Counted from the first letter of the stretch, positions 50,898-61,133 are shown. The stretch: DNA of 64,000 nucleotides from Sedimentisphaerales bacterium (GCA_963666285.1 OY762711.1); one strand, 5' to 3'. Notes: generated from the sequence alone by a model not told the origin. Program-made: numbers and translations.

Positions 50898-53021
50898 ATG
50901 AGTTACAATAATAATAGTCATATGGAATTTAATCCGCTCGAAGCGATCAGGCGAAGAAAGTGGCAGCTGGCCGGGTGTCTGCTCCTGATTTGTGCCCTGT
51001 CAGCCGCAACTGTTACGGTATTTGCTCCCAAATACCAGTCTGTTGCCCAGGTAAAAGTTATTGACGAGAAACCCTCTCAAAATACTTATGCCGGAATATT
51101 CGGCGGCGGCAGCAGTAACTTCAACTCTCACTATGAACTGTTGAAGTCTGACCGGGTCTATGAAATGGCACTGGCAAGATTAAATTCCGACCCTACTATT
51201 ACCAGCCCTGTCAATATGAAAGACCTGCGGCAGAATAGCAAGCTCTATGGCGATCACCAGTCAAATATCATAAAGATAACCGGTGTCTCCGATAAAGCAG
51301 CAGCTTCTTCTGCTATTGCAAATGTTCTGGCTAGCTCTTTTGTTGAAACTTCAACTATTATTAAAAAAGCTCAGGATAACGAGGTGCTCAACCAGTTAAC
51401 CGATCAGCTGCTTATGATGGAAGAAAAAGTATCTGCTAAGGAAAGTGAACTTGAAAAGTTCTGCCAGGCTAATATGATTATTGGAGAACTTACTTCTTAC
51501 GAATCTGCCAGGGCTGTTCTGAAAAACCTGGAGACTAAACTGCAAAAGTGTGACAGCGAAAAAGTTGATATCCAAAGTGAACTGGCGGTATTGCAGAAAA
51601 TTACTATTGACGATCTTCAGGATCCGCAAGCTATTCCGCTTGACGCTGTTCGCAATGACGCTACTCTGAAAAAACATATTTCTGATATAAACCTGTTATC
51701 TTTGAAAGAAAGAGAATATTCTCAAATTTATCTGCCTGACCATCGTGAACTGCAAAGAATTCGTCAGAAAATCACTCTCGCTCAGGATAATATGGTAAGA
51801 TATGCCCAGACTTTGCTTATCTCTCTACAGAAGAAAAATGTCGAGAAACTGGCAGCTTTGGAAAAAGAAAAAGTTCAGATAAATACTGAAATCGAAAATA
51901 ACACGGAAAGAGCTCTGTCTGACAGCCAGCTTTATGCTAAACATAATAAACTCAAGGAAGAACTTCAGGAAGTAACAAAACTAAGAAATAAGATACACAC
52001 ACAAATGCAGGATTTCAAACTTAATCGCGAGCTCAGCTGCGACCCGGTAGTTGTTGTAAATTCTGCTCGCATACCAGAAGAAACTGCCGGCTTACCTGCT
52101 AGAAAACGGGCCGGTATGGTGCTGGTTCTGGGTGTTTTGTTCAGCCTGGTTTTGATACTGGCTTTGGAAAAGATGAGTATAAATGATAAAATGGCTAATC
52201 AATACCCTTTCCCCATGCCTTATTATCAATACCAGCAGCCTGCACCTGCATACAACCAGGGGTTCCAGACTACTTTGGCTGCTCAGCAGCAGGCTGAACC
52301 GGCAACAAATCATCGAACTGAAATTCTAGCTAAAATTAGTGCCGTCAACCTTGAAGAAAATCAGGGGAATGTCAGCGATACAATGATGTATAAACTGGTT
52401 CATACTTACCCTAATAGCCAACTGGCCGGTCAGTTTAGAAATGTCAGTACCAGCCTGTTATCCAGGTTCGGCAAAACCAGGCAAAGTATTGTTATTACCG
52501 GAAACGAAAATAAATGCGGTAAAACTATTCTTACATGCAACCTGGCACTGCTGCTGGCTCAGACCGGACGTTCTGTTCTTATTGTCAGCACAAACCAGGA
52601 TAACGATAAACTGTCAAAGGTCTTTGACACCGGCAGAACTCTTTATGCCGACCTGATGTTAACTAACCAGTATAACATTGATGAATTCATACGGAATAAT
52701 GACAGCGATGGTGTGGCAACCTTGAAACTTGACCTCGCTAACCGTCCTGATACAACAGAACTGGCACAAAGCCTCGCGGCCTTAAATGGAAAACTTCAGT
52801 CTAAATTCGACTGGGTTATTTACGATACTACAGCAATAGGATACTTTGACACCGACAATATTCTTCAAGTTATTGGCAAGGCGGTCTTTGTCAGCCGCAG
52901 CACTTGCACCGGTGATATCATTATGACCACCGAACAAATTGAACAACGGGGAGCCGTTAGTCTTGGTTGTGTAGAAATGCCTGTCAATCATTCTGCAAAT
53001 ATAAACTATCAGCCGGTGTAA
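50898..53021 (+). CDS. Polysaccharide co-polymerase / Wzc-like protein with degenerate kinase domain
   Basis: TM, PKYQSVA, long coiled coil, TM, P-loop with CGKT and VIYDT. Confidence 0.82.
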   Translation: MSYNNNSHMEFNPLEAIRRRKWQLAGCLLLICALSAATVTVFAPKYQSVAQVKVIDEKPSQNTYAGIFGGGSSNFNSHYELLKSDRVYEMALARLNSDPTITSPVNMKDLRQNSKLYGDHQSNIIKITGVSDKAAASSAIANVLASSFVETSTIIKKAQDNEVLNQLTDQLLMMEEKVSAKESELEKFCQANMIIGELTSYESARAVLKNLETKLQKCDSEKVDIQSELAVLQKITIDDLQDPQAIPLDAVRNDATLKKHISDINLLSLKEREYSQIYLPDHRELQRIRQKITLAQDNMVRYAQTLLISLQKKNVEKLAALEKEKVQINTEIENNTERALSDSQLYAKHNKLKEELQEVTKLRNKIHTQMQDFKLNRELSCDPVVVVNSARIPEETAGLPARKRAGMVLVLGVLFSLVLILALEKMSINDKMANQYPFPMPYYQYQQPAPAYNQGFQTTLAAQQQAEPATNHRTEILAKISAVNLEENQGNVSDTMMYKLVHTYPNSQLAGQFRNVSTSLLSRFGKTRQSIVITGNENKCGKTILTCNLALLLAQTGRSVLIVSTNQDNDKLSKVFDTGRTLYADLMLTNQYNIDEFIRNNDSDGVATLKLDLANRPDTTELAQSLAALNGKLQSKFDWVIYDTTAIGYFDTDNILQVIGKAVFVSRSTCTGDIIMTTEQIEQRGAVSLGCVEMPVNHSANINYQPV

Positions 53022-53104
53022 TGCGATTTTAAGATATTCAGTCCATACAGGGCTGAAAGTAACTAGCTATCTTGATAATATTGGTTATTGGTGGTACTAA
53101 AAAA

Positions 53105-54583
53105 ATGGAAAGAGTTTTATTTAACATTACCAGAGAATTCACAGGATTAACTATATTCCTGACAACTTTTGTTGCCGGAATTCTACTGGTTCTGATTACT
53201 AAACATGTTTGTAGTAATCTTGGAATTACAGATCAACCTGATGGAAAATTAAAAGTCCATAATCGAAAAGTCGTTTCACTGGGGGGAATACCTATTTTTC
53301 TCTCGATTTTGATCACCTATATTTTAATGGTAAACTATACCGATATACGTGTTAACGATGCCGGCGGATTTTTTATCTCAGCTCTTATTATTCTTGGGCT
53401 CGGTATTTATGACGATATTTTCCAGATCAGGCCTTTCACTAAATTATGTTTCCAGATATGTGCCGCTTTGACTTTTATATTCTTAAGTACACCTTTCTTT
53501 AATATCGACTTCTTCGGAATATTCGATGTTACCTGTGGTGCTTTTGCTATACCCCTGGCACTGTTCTGGCTCGTTGGAAGCTGTAATGCTTTTAACTTCA
53601 TCGACGGCATGGACGGACTCGCTGCCGGGGTGAGCCTGATCATTTGTGTCTCCCTTACTGTTGCCGGTTTTATTACCGGGAATATTGCTGATGCCATGAT
53701 CGCTGCTTCACTTGCCGGTGCTCTGGCGGCTATTCTTGTTTTCAATTATAACCCGGCTTCCATCTTCCTCGGTGATTCCGGTTCTCAGCTTACCGGGATG
53801 CTCATTGGCATACTCAGTATTAGAATCTTAACTACGAATAATACTTTCATGCTGCCCGTTGCTTATACTATCTTAAGCCTGCCGGTACTTGATACTTTCC
53901 TTTGTATCCTGCGAAGGGTCAGTACTTTCAGACCTGTCTACCAGGGTGACCTCTCTCATATTCACCATAGGATCAGGGCCAAAGGGTACAGTATCAAAAA
54001 ATCCGTCGCTATCTTATGGGTAGTAACTGCGGTTGGATGTGTTATCTCGATTAACTCGTTCTATACCGATAAATACGTCTCTTTCGCTTCAAGCTCTATT
54101 TACCTGTTAATATGTTTTGCCCTGGCTGTTAATATCGGCTGTATGTCAATTCATAAACTGCTGTACAGATGGCGTATAAATATCAAGTCTGCAACAACAG
54201 TCGACCGCTTTGATGAAATTGAAGCTCTATGGGAAAGAATGAAACCGCTCTTTGCTAAAATCAGACTCGACCGCGCTGTCTTGACTTTGGAAGGTGTTAA
54301 TTCCAGCGGCAGACCTGAATACAAAACTCTGCAATGGGTAAGAAACGCAAACTTCAACAGCGATTTCCCCAGCGACTGCTGGACTACTAAATTCTACCTT
54401 GATAAGGAAGAAAGAGAAATGGTTATCCTCCAACTTGAAACTCTCGAAAAAAATTACAAAGACGAACAGAGAGTCAACTGGCTGCTTAACAGAATTAGTG
54501 ACAATATGAGAATGGCTAACAACCAGAAAAAAATCGTTCTCGAAGAAAAAGAAGATACTTTCTCACTAACTATTACAGATTAA
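53105..54583 (+). CDS. MraY/WecA-like polyprenyl-phosphate GlcNAc-1-phosphate transferase with C-terminal extension
   Basis: LGG, GIYDD, NAFNFIDGMDGLA, FNYNPASIFLGDSGS, HIHH. ATG 53105 preferred over TTG 53072. Confidence 0.9.
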   Translation: MERVLFNITREFTGLTIFLTTFVAGILLVLITKHVCSNLGITDQPDGKLKVHNRKVVSLGGIPIFLSILITYILMVNYTDIRVNDAGGFFISALIILGLGIYDDIFQIRPFTKLCFQICAALTFIFLSTPFFNIDFFGIFDVTCGAFAIPLALFWLVGSCNAFNFIDGMDGLAAGVSLIICVSLTVAGFITGNIADAMIAASLAGALAAILVFNYNPASIFLGDSGSQLTGMLIGILSIRILTTNNTFMLPVAYTILSLPVLDTFLCILRRVSTFRPVYQGDLSHIHHRIRAKGYSIKKSVAILWVVTAVGCVISINSFYTDKYVSFASSSIYLLICFALAVNIGCMSIHKLLYRWRINIKSATTVDRFDEIEALWERMKPLFAKIRLDRAVLTLEGVNSSGRPEYKTLQWVRNANFNSDFPSDCWTTKFYLDKEEREMVILQLETLEKNYKDEQRVNWLLNRISDNMRMANNQKKIVLEEKEDTFSLTITD

Positions 54584-54643
54584 AAGGAAAACAACCAACT
54601 GCGAAAGCCGATGCTTTCCGGTAGGGAGATAAATCTCATACTT

Positions 54644-54690
54644 TAGCCGTGGTATTTACTAGTGCACTATAATATCACGGCTGATTTTTT
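54644..54690 (+). terminator. Hairpin/terminator after the wza-wzc-wecA operon
   Basis: TAGCCGTGGTATT...AATATCACGGCTG followed by a T tract. Confidence 0.6.
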
Positions 54691-54753
54691 GATCTCATCT
54701 TTGACGGGATGTCATTAACAGACTAACCAAAACTGCTTCTACTTTTACTATTT

Positions 54754-54967
54754 CACTCAAAGCGACCGTTTTACACTATATTTTGTTCTAACACATTTAA
54801 TGGATTTTGTGTTATGTTATAGTTTCACGACGCGAAATCTTTAAAATTAGGTCACGAAGTGACACCTTCTTTACACTTTTTATTTTACTCTTTACACTTT
54901 TTATCTCTGCCGCATTCCCTGCCTGGTACCAAATACCTCTCAAAAGGACAATCGGCCAGTTTGATTA
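54754..54967. mobile_element. MITE family C copy (diverged, with heptamer tract)
   Basis: Left end CACTCAAAGCGACCG, right end CGGCCAGTTTGATTA, which overlaps the neighbouring stop codon. Confidence 0.55.
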
Positions 54968-55537
54968 TTTTAACTTATTCAGCAGCCATCCGATATTTTC
55001 GCCCAGGTTACGCATTGTTGTGCAGCCTTCCTGATCGTTTCGAACATCACCGGGATTCATTCCGATTCCGATATTCCAGTATGTTGAACCTACCACGATC
55101 ATCTGGCCTATCAGAAAGAAATGGTTCATTGTGTCAAACGCATGAATACCACCGGCTCGCCTGACCGCTACTACCGCAGCTCCGATCTTTCTGGCAAACA
55201 AATCGCCATGTGCTCGCGATACCACCCCGGCTCTGTCTATCAAAGCCTTCATCTCGGTGGTAACATCGGCAAAATATGTCGGCGAACCAAGAACTATAGC
55301 ATCTGCCGTTATCATTTTCTCAATACATTCATTGACAAAATCTGAATCGATAACACATTTATGACCTTCCAGCTGACGGCATTGACGGCAACCGGTACAA
55401 CCCCTGACCGACTTGCCGCCGATATGGACTAGCTCGGTCTCTATCCCCTGCGAAGCAAGCGGCTCCAAAACCATCTCCAGCATATTTGCCGTATTGCCTT
55501 CTCGACGCGGACTACCATTAATTGCCAGGACTTTCAT
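54965..55537 (-). CDS. Flavodoxin-family iron-sulfur flavoprotein
   Basis: NGSPRREGNT, CTGCRQC..C, GSPTYF, RRAGG, STYWN. Confidence 0.92.
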   Translation of the reverse strand: MKVLAINGSPRREGNTANMLEMVLEPLASQGIETELVHIGGKSVRGCTGCRQCRQLEGHKCVIDSDFVNECIEKMITADAIVLGSPTYFADVTTEMKALIDRAGVVSRAHGDLFARKIGAAVVAVRRAGGIHAFDTMNHFFLIGQMIVVGSTYWNIGIGMNPGDVRNDQEGCTTMRNLGENIGWLLNKLK

Positions 55538-55594
55538 ATTCTTACCTCAGATTCGTTCTTCTTTATCCGGTTGAATAACAGTTAAAACGCAATG

Positions 55595-55628
55595 AAAAAG
55601 CCGAAAGCATTTAAAATACCTTCGGCTT
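55595..55628 (-). terminator. Terminator of the DUF3467 gene
   Basis: Minus strand AAGCCGAAGGTAT-TTTAA-ATGCTTTCGGCTTTTT. Confidence 0.7.
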
Positions 55629-55692
55629 AATATTTCATTTGGATTATTCCATCACAGATGAATAACCCTGCTAAAAGAAATAGTCAGTTAAC

Positions 55693-56037
55693 TTATTTCT
55701 TTTCTTCTGCTGGGCTTAGTCTTCTCTGAACATTCAGCTCGATTACGCCGAAATTCTGCTCATGACGCATAATTGTCTGCTGCAGAGCTGCAAGAAGTCT
55801 TTTAGCTGTGAAATGGTTCAAAACCAGACGCTGGTCAATCTTTACGGTCTGATCAACGCGGGCAAATGGATTTGGATTCAATGCAAAATCAATCAATACT
55901 TCTTCAGGAGTACCTGTTACACGGCAGAAGTTTGAGTAAGAAGCCTCAACTGTTGAATCATCCAGAGTAATTTTTACCTGACCTTCAGCAGGTTTTTCAG
56001 TCACTTTACCTTCATTTTTTTTAGCATCATCTGCCAT
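55693..56037 (-). CDS. DUF3467 domain protein
   Basis: YSNFCRVTGTPEEVLIDF, TAKRL..AL..HE..FG. Confidence 0.85.
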   Translation of the reverse strand: MADDAKKNEGKVTEKPAEGQVKITLDDSTVEASYSNFCRVTGTPEEVLIDFALNPNPFARVDQTVKIDQRLVLNHFTAKRLLAALQQTIMRHEQNFGVIELNVQRRLSPAEEKK

Positions 56038-56590
56038 AGATCATTTCCTTTCAAAAAAGTAAAATCATAAGTTTTATGCTTGTCTCGTAATTATCAGCAT
56101 TAATATTTCAGATTGACCATTCTCTCAAAATAGCGCAATCTGTCAAGTAAAAAAGGCTTGTTTTTTTGACCGACAAATATAAATGCTTAAAAACAAACAC
56201 CTTACGAAAGTTCGACAAAAACTAACAGGTAGTACCTTTTTCGCTCCTGCTATGTCACAACATTCCCCCTCCTCCTGCACTGCGACATCTTACTATACTA
56301 ATACTGCCCGTGTAAGATTTGAGCATTCCTATATGAGAATTAATTCAAATTTAATCCTAACCAAACAAATTATATCTATAATCCGGTCGTTTAAGAGCAA
56401 GAAGAGAAAGTATATCTCAGCCTTAGCAACAGTTGAAATTGCAATATGGATACAAAGAGAAAGTTGAAAATCTGTTTTTACTGTAGCCGCCCTGCCCAAT
56501 AATTCAAGGCTGAATAACCAAACAAATATCTAGTGAATTTGATATCTGTTTTGTCTTAGGGATTTTTTGACAAAATAGTTGGTCGCGATG

Positions 56591-56608
56591 TATGTGTGCG
56601 CACATATA
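56591..56608. promoter_or_regulatory. Palindromic operator candidate TATGTGTGCGCACATATA
   Basis: Same core as 30269-30286; upstream of the 56754 gene. Confidence 0.55.
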
Positions 56609-56753
56609 TCAACAAAACAGTAATCCAAAACCATTAAAAGCAAGGAGAAGATATGAAATAAACACTGGATACGAAAAATTAAACTGAGTTTCACATCAAA
56701 TTATGAGAAGTTAATATTTTTATTCACAAACTTATTTAACTAGGAAACAAAAT

Positions 56754-59336
56754 ATGAATACAACACTATCAAAAAAAATCGCTATTATTGTACCCCTCGC
56801 GGCCATGTTTATTACCGCATCAATTATCAACGCTGCTACCTGGACCGGTGCCGGCGATGGCTACACCTGGAATATTGCTGAAAACTGGGACCCTGCCGCT
56901 GTCCCGGACTCTTCCGCTGAAGTTATTATTAACGGAGATTCAGTCGTTGGTGTTCCGTCAGGCAATTTTGAAAGAAACGGTAATACAATTCTATCTGACA
57001 ATGCCCAACTTTCCGTTGTTAACGGCAGATTCCTCCAGGGCCAGAGCGCTTGTACTTTCACTATCTCTGACAATGCTGTTCTTAACTCTAAAGGTGACTA
57101 TTTTATCGTTGCCCGTAATGCCGTCTGCGAATTCAACCAGGTCGGCGGTACACTTAACCTCAACCTCAACCGCGGGTTCTTTATGACCGACAGTAACGGT
57201 GCCGACGGCAGCTCTTATAATCTGAGCAGCGGCATACTGAACGTCAACTTTATTTACACCCAGAACGATTGGAACGCTGATTTCCCCGGGCATAACGGGC
57301 ATAGCGGAAACTTCAATATCACCGGCGGTATCGCAAACTTCACCAACAACTCTACCCGAACTGACTTCGACCGCGACGTTTGGGTCAGGTACGATTCCGT
57401 TGTTACCGTTGATGGCGGTGTGATGAGCTTTGAAGACTTCGCTTCCTTTGTTATCGGTAGAGATGGATACGGCGAAGCAATGGTTGTTGTCAATAACGGA
57501 ACTCTTAATATCGCTCCTACCAGTGATGTTATCGTCGGTGGTGCTAACGGGCTCAACGGCGAAGAATACAGAACCAACACCGGCAGACTGGTTATTAACG
57601 GTGGTAACCTCAATATAACTTCCGGAACCGGGCTGATAATTGGCGGCGAAGACAATTCTGCCGGCGGGTTCGTTGACCAGAATGGCGGCGAAGTTTTCGT
57701 TAACGGTTCTATCATACTTGGTGACTCGGCAACCGCTGTCGACAGCTGCTATGCCATGAACGGCGGATCTCTTATCGCTTCTGAAATCGTCCTGAGCGAA
57801 AATGCCGACCCTTCTGTCAAATTCTATTTCAATATCGGTCAGATCACTCTCGCCGGTGACCAGACTGCTCTGGCAAATGCTTCCTGGTTTGTCGCCCAGG
57901 AAGGTACTGCCTTCAGCTATGATGAATCGACAGATACTACAACCATCGCGAGAATTCCTTACGCTCACAACCCTATACCTGCCAACGGTTCAACAAACTA
58001 CGGCACTCCGGTTGACGGCGGTCTGGAAGTCTCTCTTTCATGGAATACCGGTATGGCCGCTGACGCAGCACACGCCGGTCAGCCTAACCCTGATATCGTC
58101 AGCCACAAACTTTACCTCAGGGCAGAAAACGACCCTAACCAGGTATTCACCATTACCGCTGACGGCAGTAGTTCCGTACAGTACGGTCCGTTTACTCTGG
58201 ACTATGACAAAACCTACTACTGGCACGTTGACGAAATTACTAACGAACCTAATACTATCATCGGTGATACCTGGAAATTCTCTACCCCGGCGGCTGTTCC
58301 TGTTATCACTTCAATTTCGCCTCTGGAAGCTATGTTCGCCGAAGGTGATTCTGTTACCCTGACCGCTCAATACAGTACTGTTTCAGATGTCTCTGCTGTT
58401 AAGTGGTTCTTTGAGGATACTCTCATTGACAGTTCCGATACAAACATTGACATCTCCTTCGATAACAATACTAGCACCCTGACAATCACGAATTTCTCTA
58501 ATAATTATATTGGCAGCTACTATTGTATCGCAACTAATACCGGTGGCGATTCTGCTCCTTCTGAAACCGCGGTTATTGAAATGAAAAAACTTATCGCATG
58601 GTATGAGTTCAACGATAACCTCACAGACTCTGTCGGTGATTTCGATGGTTCTACTGATGCTGCTGTCGAATATGTTACTGACGGCTATTCCGGATCTGCT
58701 CTCAGCCTGACTGCTGCCGACCAGGCGGTTGTCTCTATACCGCGATCTATCCAGGATAGCTTCTCGATTGCATTCTGGGTCAAAACAGAATCAAATAGTA
58801 TTACTTCTTACTGGTACTCCGGTATCGGTCTTGTAGACGGTGAAATGTCTGGCAATACCAATGACTTCGGTACCGCTATTTGCGGCGGCAAGTTTACTTT
58901 CGGCGTTGGCAACAGTGACACCCACCTGCTTTCAACTTCAAACATAAATGATAACAGCTGGCATTATTGCGTTGCAACTCGCGATGCCGATACCGGTGAA
59001 ATGACTGTTTATGTAGATGGTGAAATGGAAGGTACCACCAGCGGTCCTGCCGGCGAGAAAGCGGCTCCGCCGACATTAGTTCTTGGCAAGATCAGAAGCA
59101 ACGACAGCGACCTGTTCCTGGACGGACTGCTTGACGAAGTCAAACTATACAACTATGTTCTGGACGAAATTACCATTGCTGATAATTTCTACTCTATTAC
59201 CGGCATTACCCCTTGCGTCACTTCCAGAAGGCCAAGTGCCAAATACGACCTCAACAATGACTGCGTAGTCGATATACTTGATTTCGCTATCATCGCTGAA
59301 AACTGGATGAATACCGGCATGTATCCTTCAAACTAA
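56754..59336 (+). CDS. Secreted protein with passenger-like beta repeats, Ig domain, LamG-like domain and dockerin-like tail
   Basis: WTGAGDG..W...NW, YYWHVDE, YYCIATN, FSIAFWVK, WHYCVATRD, GLLDEVKLYNY, YDLNNDCVVDILDFAIIAENW. Confidence 0.85.
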   Translation: MNTTLSKKIAIIVPLAAMFITASIINAATWTGAGDGYTWNIAENWDPAAVPDSSAEVIINGDSVVGVPSGNFERNGNTILSDNAQLSVVNGRFLQGQSACTFTISDNAVLNSKGDYFIVARNAVCEFNQVGGTLNLNLNRGFFMTDSNGADGSSYNLSSGILNVNFIYTQNDWNADFPGHNGHSGNFNITGGIANFTNNSTRTDFDRDVWVRYDSVVTVDGGVMSFEDFASFVIGRDGYGEAMVVVNNGTLNIAPTSDVIVGGANGLNGEEYRTNTGRLVINGGNLNITSGTGLIIGGEDNSAGGFVDQNGGEVFVNGSIILGDSATAVDSCYAMNGGSLIASEIVLSENADPSVKFYFNIGQITLAGDQTALANASWFVAQEGTAFSYDESTDTTTIARIPYAHNPIPANGSTNYGTPVDGGLEVSLSWNTGMAADAAHAGQPNPDIVSHKLYLRAENDPNQVFTITADGSSSVQYGPFTLDYDKTYYWHVDEITNEPNTIIGDTWKFSTPAAVPVITSISPLEAMFAEGDSVTLTAQYSTVSDVSAVKWFFEDTLIDSSDTNIDISFDNNTSTLTITNFSNNYIGSYYCIATNTGGDSAPSETAVIEMKKLIAWYEFNDNLTDSVGDFDGSTDAAVEYVTDGYSGSALSLTAADQAVVSIPRSIQDSFSIAFWVKTESNSITSYWYSGIGLVDGEMSGNTNDFGTAICGGKFTFGVGNSDTHLLSTSNINDNSWHYCVATRDADTGEMTVYVDGEMEGTTSGPAGEKAAPPTLVLGKIRSNDSDLFLDGLLDEVKLYNYVLDEITIADNFYSITGITPCVTSRRPSAKYDLNNDCVVDILDFAIIAENWMNTGMYPSN

Positions 59337-59360
59337 CCGGTAAATCAGTACTAATAATTC

Positions 59361-59393
59361 AAAAGGGGACGGCAGAAATGTCGTCCCCTTTTT
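59361..59393. terminator. Bidirectional intrinsic terminator
   Basis: AAAAGGGGACGGCA-GAAA-TGTCGTCCCCTTTT between convergent genes. Confidence 0.88.
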
Positions 59394-59441
59394 ATCTTAT
59401 CGTTTTTCATACTTATCAAACTGACCATCGGTCTGCTTGAG

Positions 59442-60530
59442 TTAGTAACTATCATCAAATTTACGCTTATTATTTGATCGGATGAATTTCTTCACCTTTT
59501 TCATGCCGCCATAATCGCTGAACATATCATTGAGCTTAACTTTTTCTATCTGTTTCGCGTTAAGTCCGGCATAACGGGCCTCTTTATGTAGCTTCTGATA
59601 GTTTGCAAATCTGCGTTCATCAAGCTCACCGCTTTCAATTGACGCTCGTATCGCACAGCCCGGCTCACTGCCATGAGAACAATCACTAAACCGGCACCGG
59701 CCGATCAGCTCTTCAATATCGCCAAACGAACGTGATAAATCTACTGACTCAACAGCAAATTCGCGCATGCCCGGCGTATCTATTACTATCCCGCCATTCG
59801 GCAGCACCAGCAGTTCCCGTTTTGTCGAGGTGTGCCGGCCTTTATCGTCCTGACGAATCTCAGACGTTGCCAGCAGCTCCTTACCGGCCAGGCAATTAAT
59901 CAATGTCGATTTACCGACACCAGACGAACCGATAAACGAGGCCGTCTTGCCCTCTTGCAGAAATGACAGCAGCTGGCTATAGGACGATTCATCGTAGCTG
60001 GAAACGGTTACAATATCTGCGCCCAGTACCACATCTGAAACTTCCGCGACAACCTCAGGCAGATTATCACACAAATCTGATTTCGTCAGCACCACTACCG
60101 GCGTAGCACTGCTATCCCACGCCGCCGACAAAAAACGCTCTAAACGGCTTAAGTTATAATCGTTGTTCAGCGACATACAGATAAAAATTATATCTATATT
60201 CGAGGCTACTACCTGCCTCTGGCTGCCTTTTCCGGCCGCGATACGCTCAAACGAACTTTTTCGAAGCAGAACTTCATGAATGATAAGATTACTGTTATTA
60301 TCATTACTATTGCCGAGCATTACAAAATCGCCGACTACCGGAAAATCTGAAACATCGCGGGCTTCAAATCGAAACTTACCCGATACTTCTGCCAGGCATT
60401 CTCCCTGTTCTGTTACTACTTCATAAAGGTCGCGATGCTGAGATATTACTCGACCGGCGACTAAATCAGGATATTGTGCCGCCTGATCGGCAAATCGGCC
60501 GCTAAAACCGTATCTTTCTAAATTCTTCAA
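59442..60530 (-). CDS. rsgA: Ribosome small subunit-dependent GTPase A
   Basis: PVVGDFV, TKSD, GSSGVGKSTL, GRHTST, DTPGMRE, CRFSDCSH..EPGC; TTG start after GGAGG. Confidence 0.93.
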   Translation of the reverse strand: MKNLERYGFSGRFADQAAQYPDLVAGRVISQHRDLYEVVTEQGECLAEVSGKFRFEARDVSDFPVVGDFVMLGNSNDNNSNLIIHEVLLRKSSFERIAAGKGSQRQVVASNIDIIFICMSLNNDYNLSRLERFLSAAWDSSATPVVVLTKSDLCDNLPEVVAEVSDVVLGADIVTVSSYDESSYSQLLSFLQEGKTASFIGSSGVGKSTLINCLAGKELLATSEIRQDDKGRHTSTKRELLVLPNGGIVIDTPGMREFAVESVDLSRSFGDIEELIGRCRFSDCSHGSEPGCAIRASIESGELDERRFANYQKLHKEARYAGLNAKQIEKVKLNDMFSDYGGMKKVKKFIRSNNKRKFDDSY

Positions 60531-60625
60531 TTATTTAATCCTCCGAATTTATATATCTTTATTGGTACCGGATCAATCATACCGGCATATATATACAAAC
60601 ATGGGGAGGTATATCATGCAGAATG

Positions 60626-60682
60626 CTATACACATACCTCCATGTGCAGCACAATCTCCATTTCGTTTATTGTTCTATTCAT
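60626..60682 (-). CDS. Putative leader peptide MNRTINEMEIVLHMEVCV upstream of rsgA
   Basis: TAAGGAG RBS; the 3' codons overlap one arm of a hairpin at 60599-60645. Confidence 0.55.
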   Translation of the reverse strand: MNRTINEMEIVLHMEVCV

Positions 60683-60904
60683 AATAATTTTTCTCCTTAT
60701 TCTATCTTTGGATTACGCTATAAGGTTCGCAATCCGAACCCTTTAAAATATGGTCCTGTACCGTACAGTGCAGAACACCTTCTTTACACTTTTTATTTTA
60801 CACTTTACTCTTTTCACTGGTCAGCTTGAATCCTCAGATTCAGTCTTATATCATATTCCCGCACCTTATTCAAGACAATTACACCTCAAAACCAAAAGTA
60901 CCTT

Positions 60905-60928
60905 AATTAAAGGGGTCCGTCCCCTTTT
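60905..60928. repeat. REP-like palindrome AAAGGGGTCCGTCCCCTTT
   Basis: 24-nt identity with 20925-20948; variant at 61162-61184. Confidence 0.75.
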
Positions 60929-60932
60929 ATTC

Positions 60933-61133
60933 TTATCCCATGAATTTCATAATAGAATATACGGTGCTGATGACTATAAGTAGAAACCCTGCTATTCTCA
61001 GTTTTTTGATATGTCTTTCTAAGGATTCCGGCCAGACACCTGCATTAACTAATATTTGTGGAACAAAAATGCAAAAGACTGCAATGGTGTAAAGGATCAT
61101 GGTAACGATATTTTTAACAATTAGTTCTATCAA
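60933..61133 (-). CDS. Small two-TM membrane protein
   Basis: GAGGAG RBS before TTG, two hydrophobic segments. Confidence 0.6.
   Translation of the reverse strand: MIELIVKNIVTMILYTIAVFCIFVPQILVNAGVWPESLERHIKKLRIAGFLLIVISTVYSIMKFMG

Noticed and set aside
54590..54720. c-di-GMP or other riboswitch after the wecA-like gene
   Set aside because: It has a GAAA-like loop but lacks the consensus I would expect, lies downstream of the operon, and is explained by a terminator hairpin.
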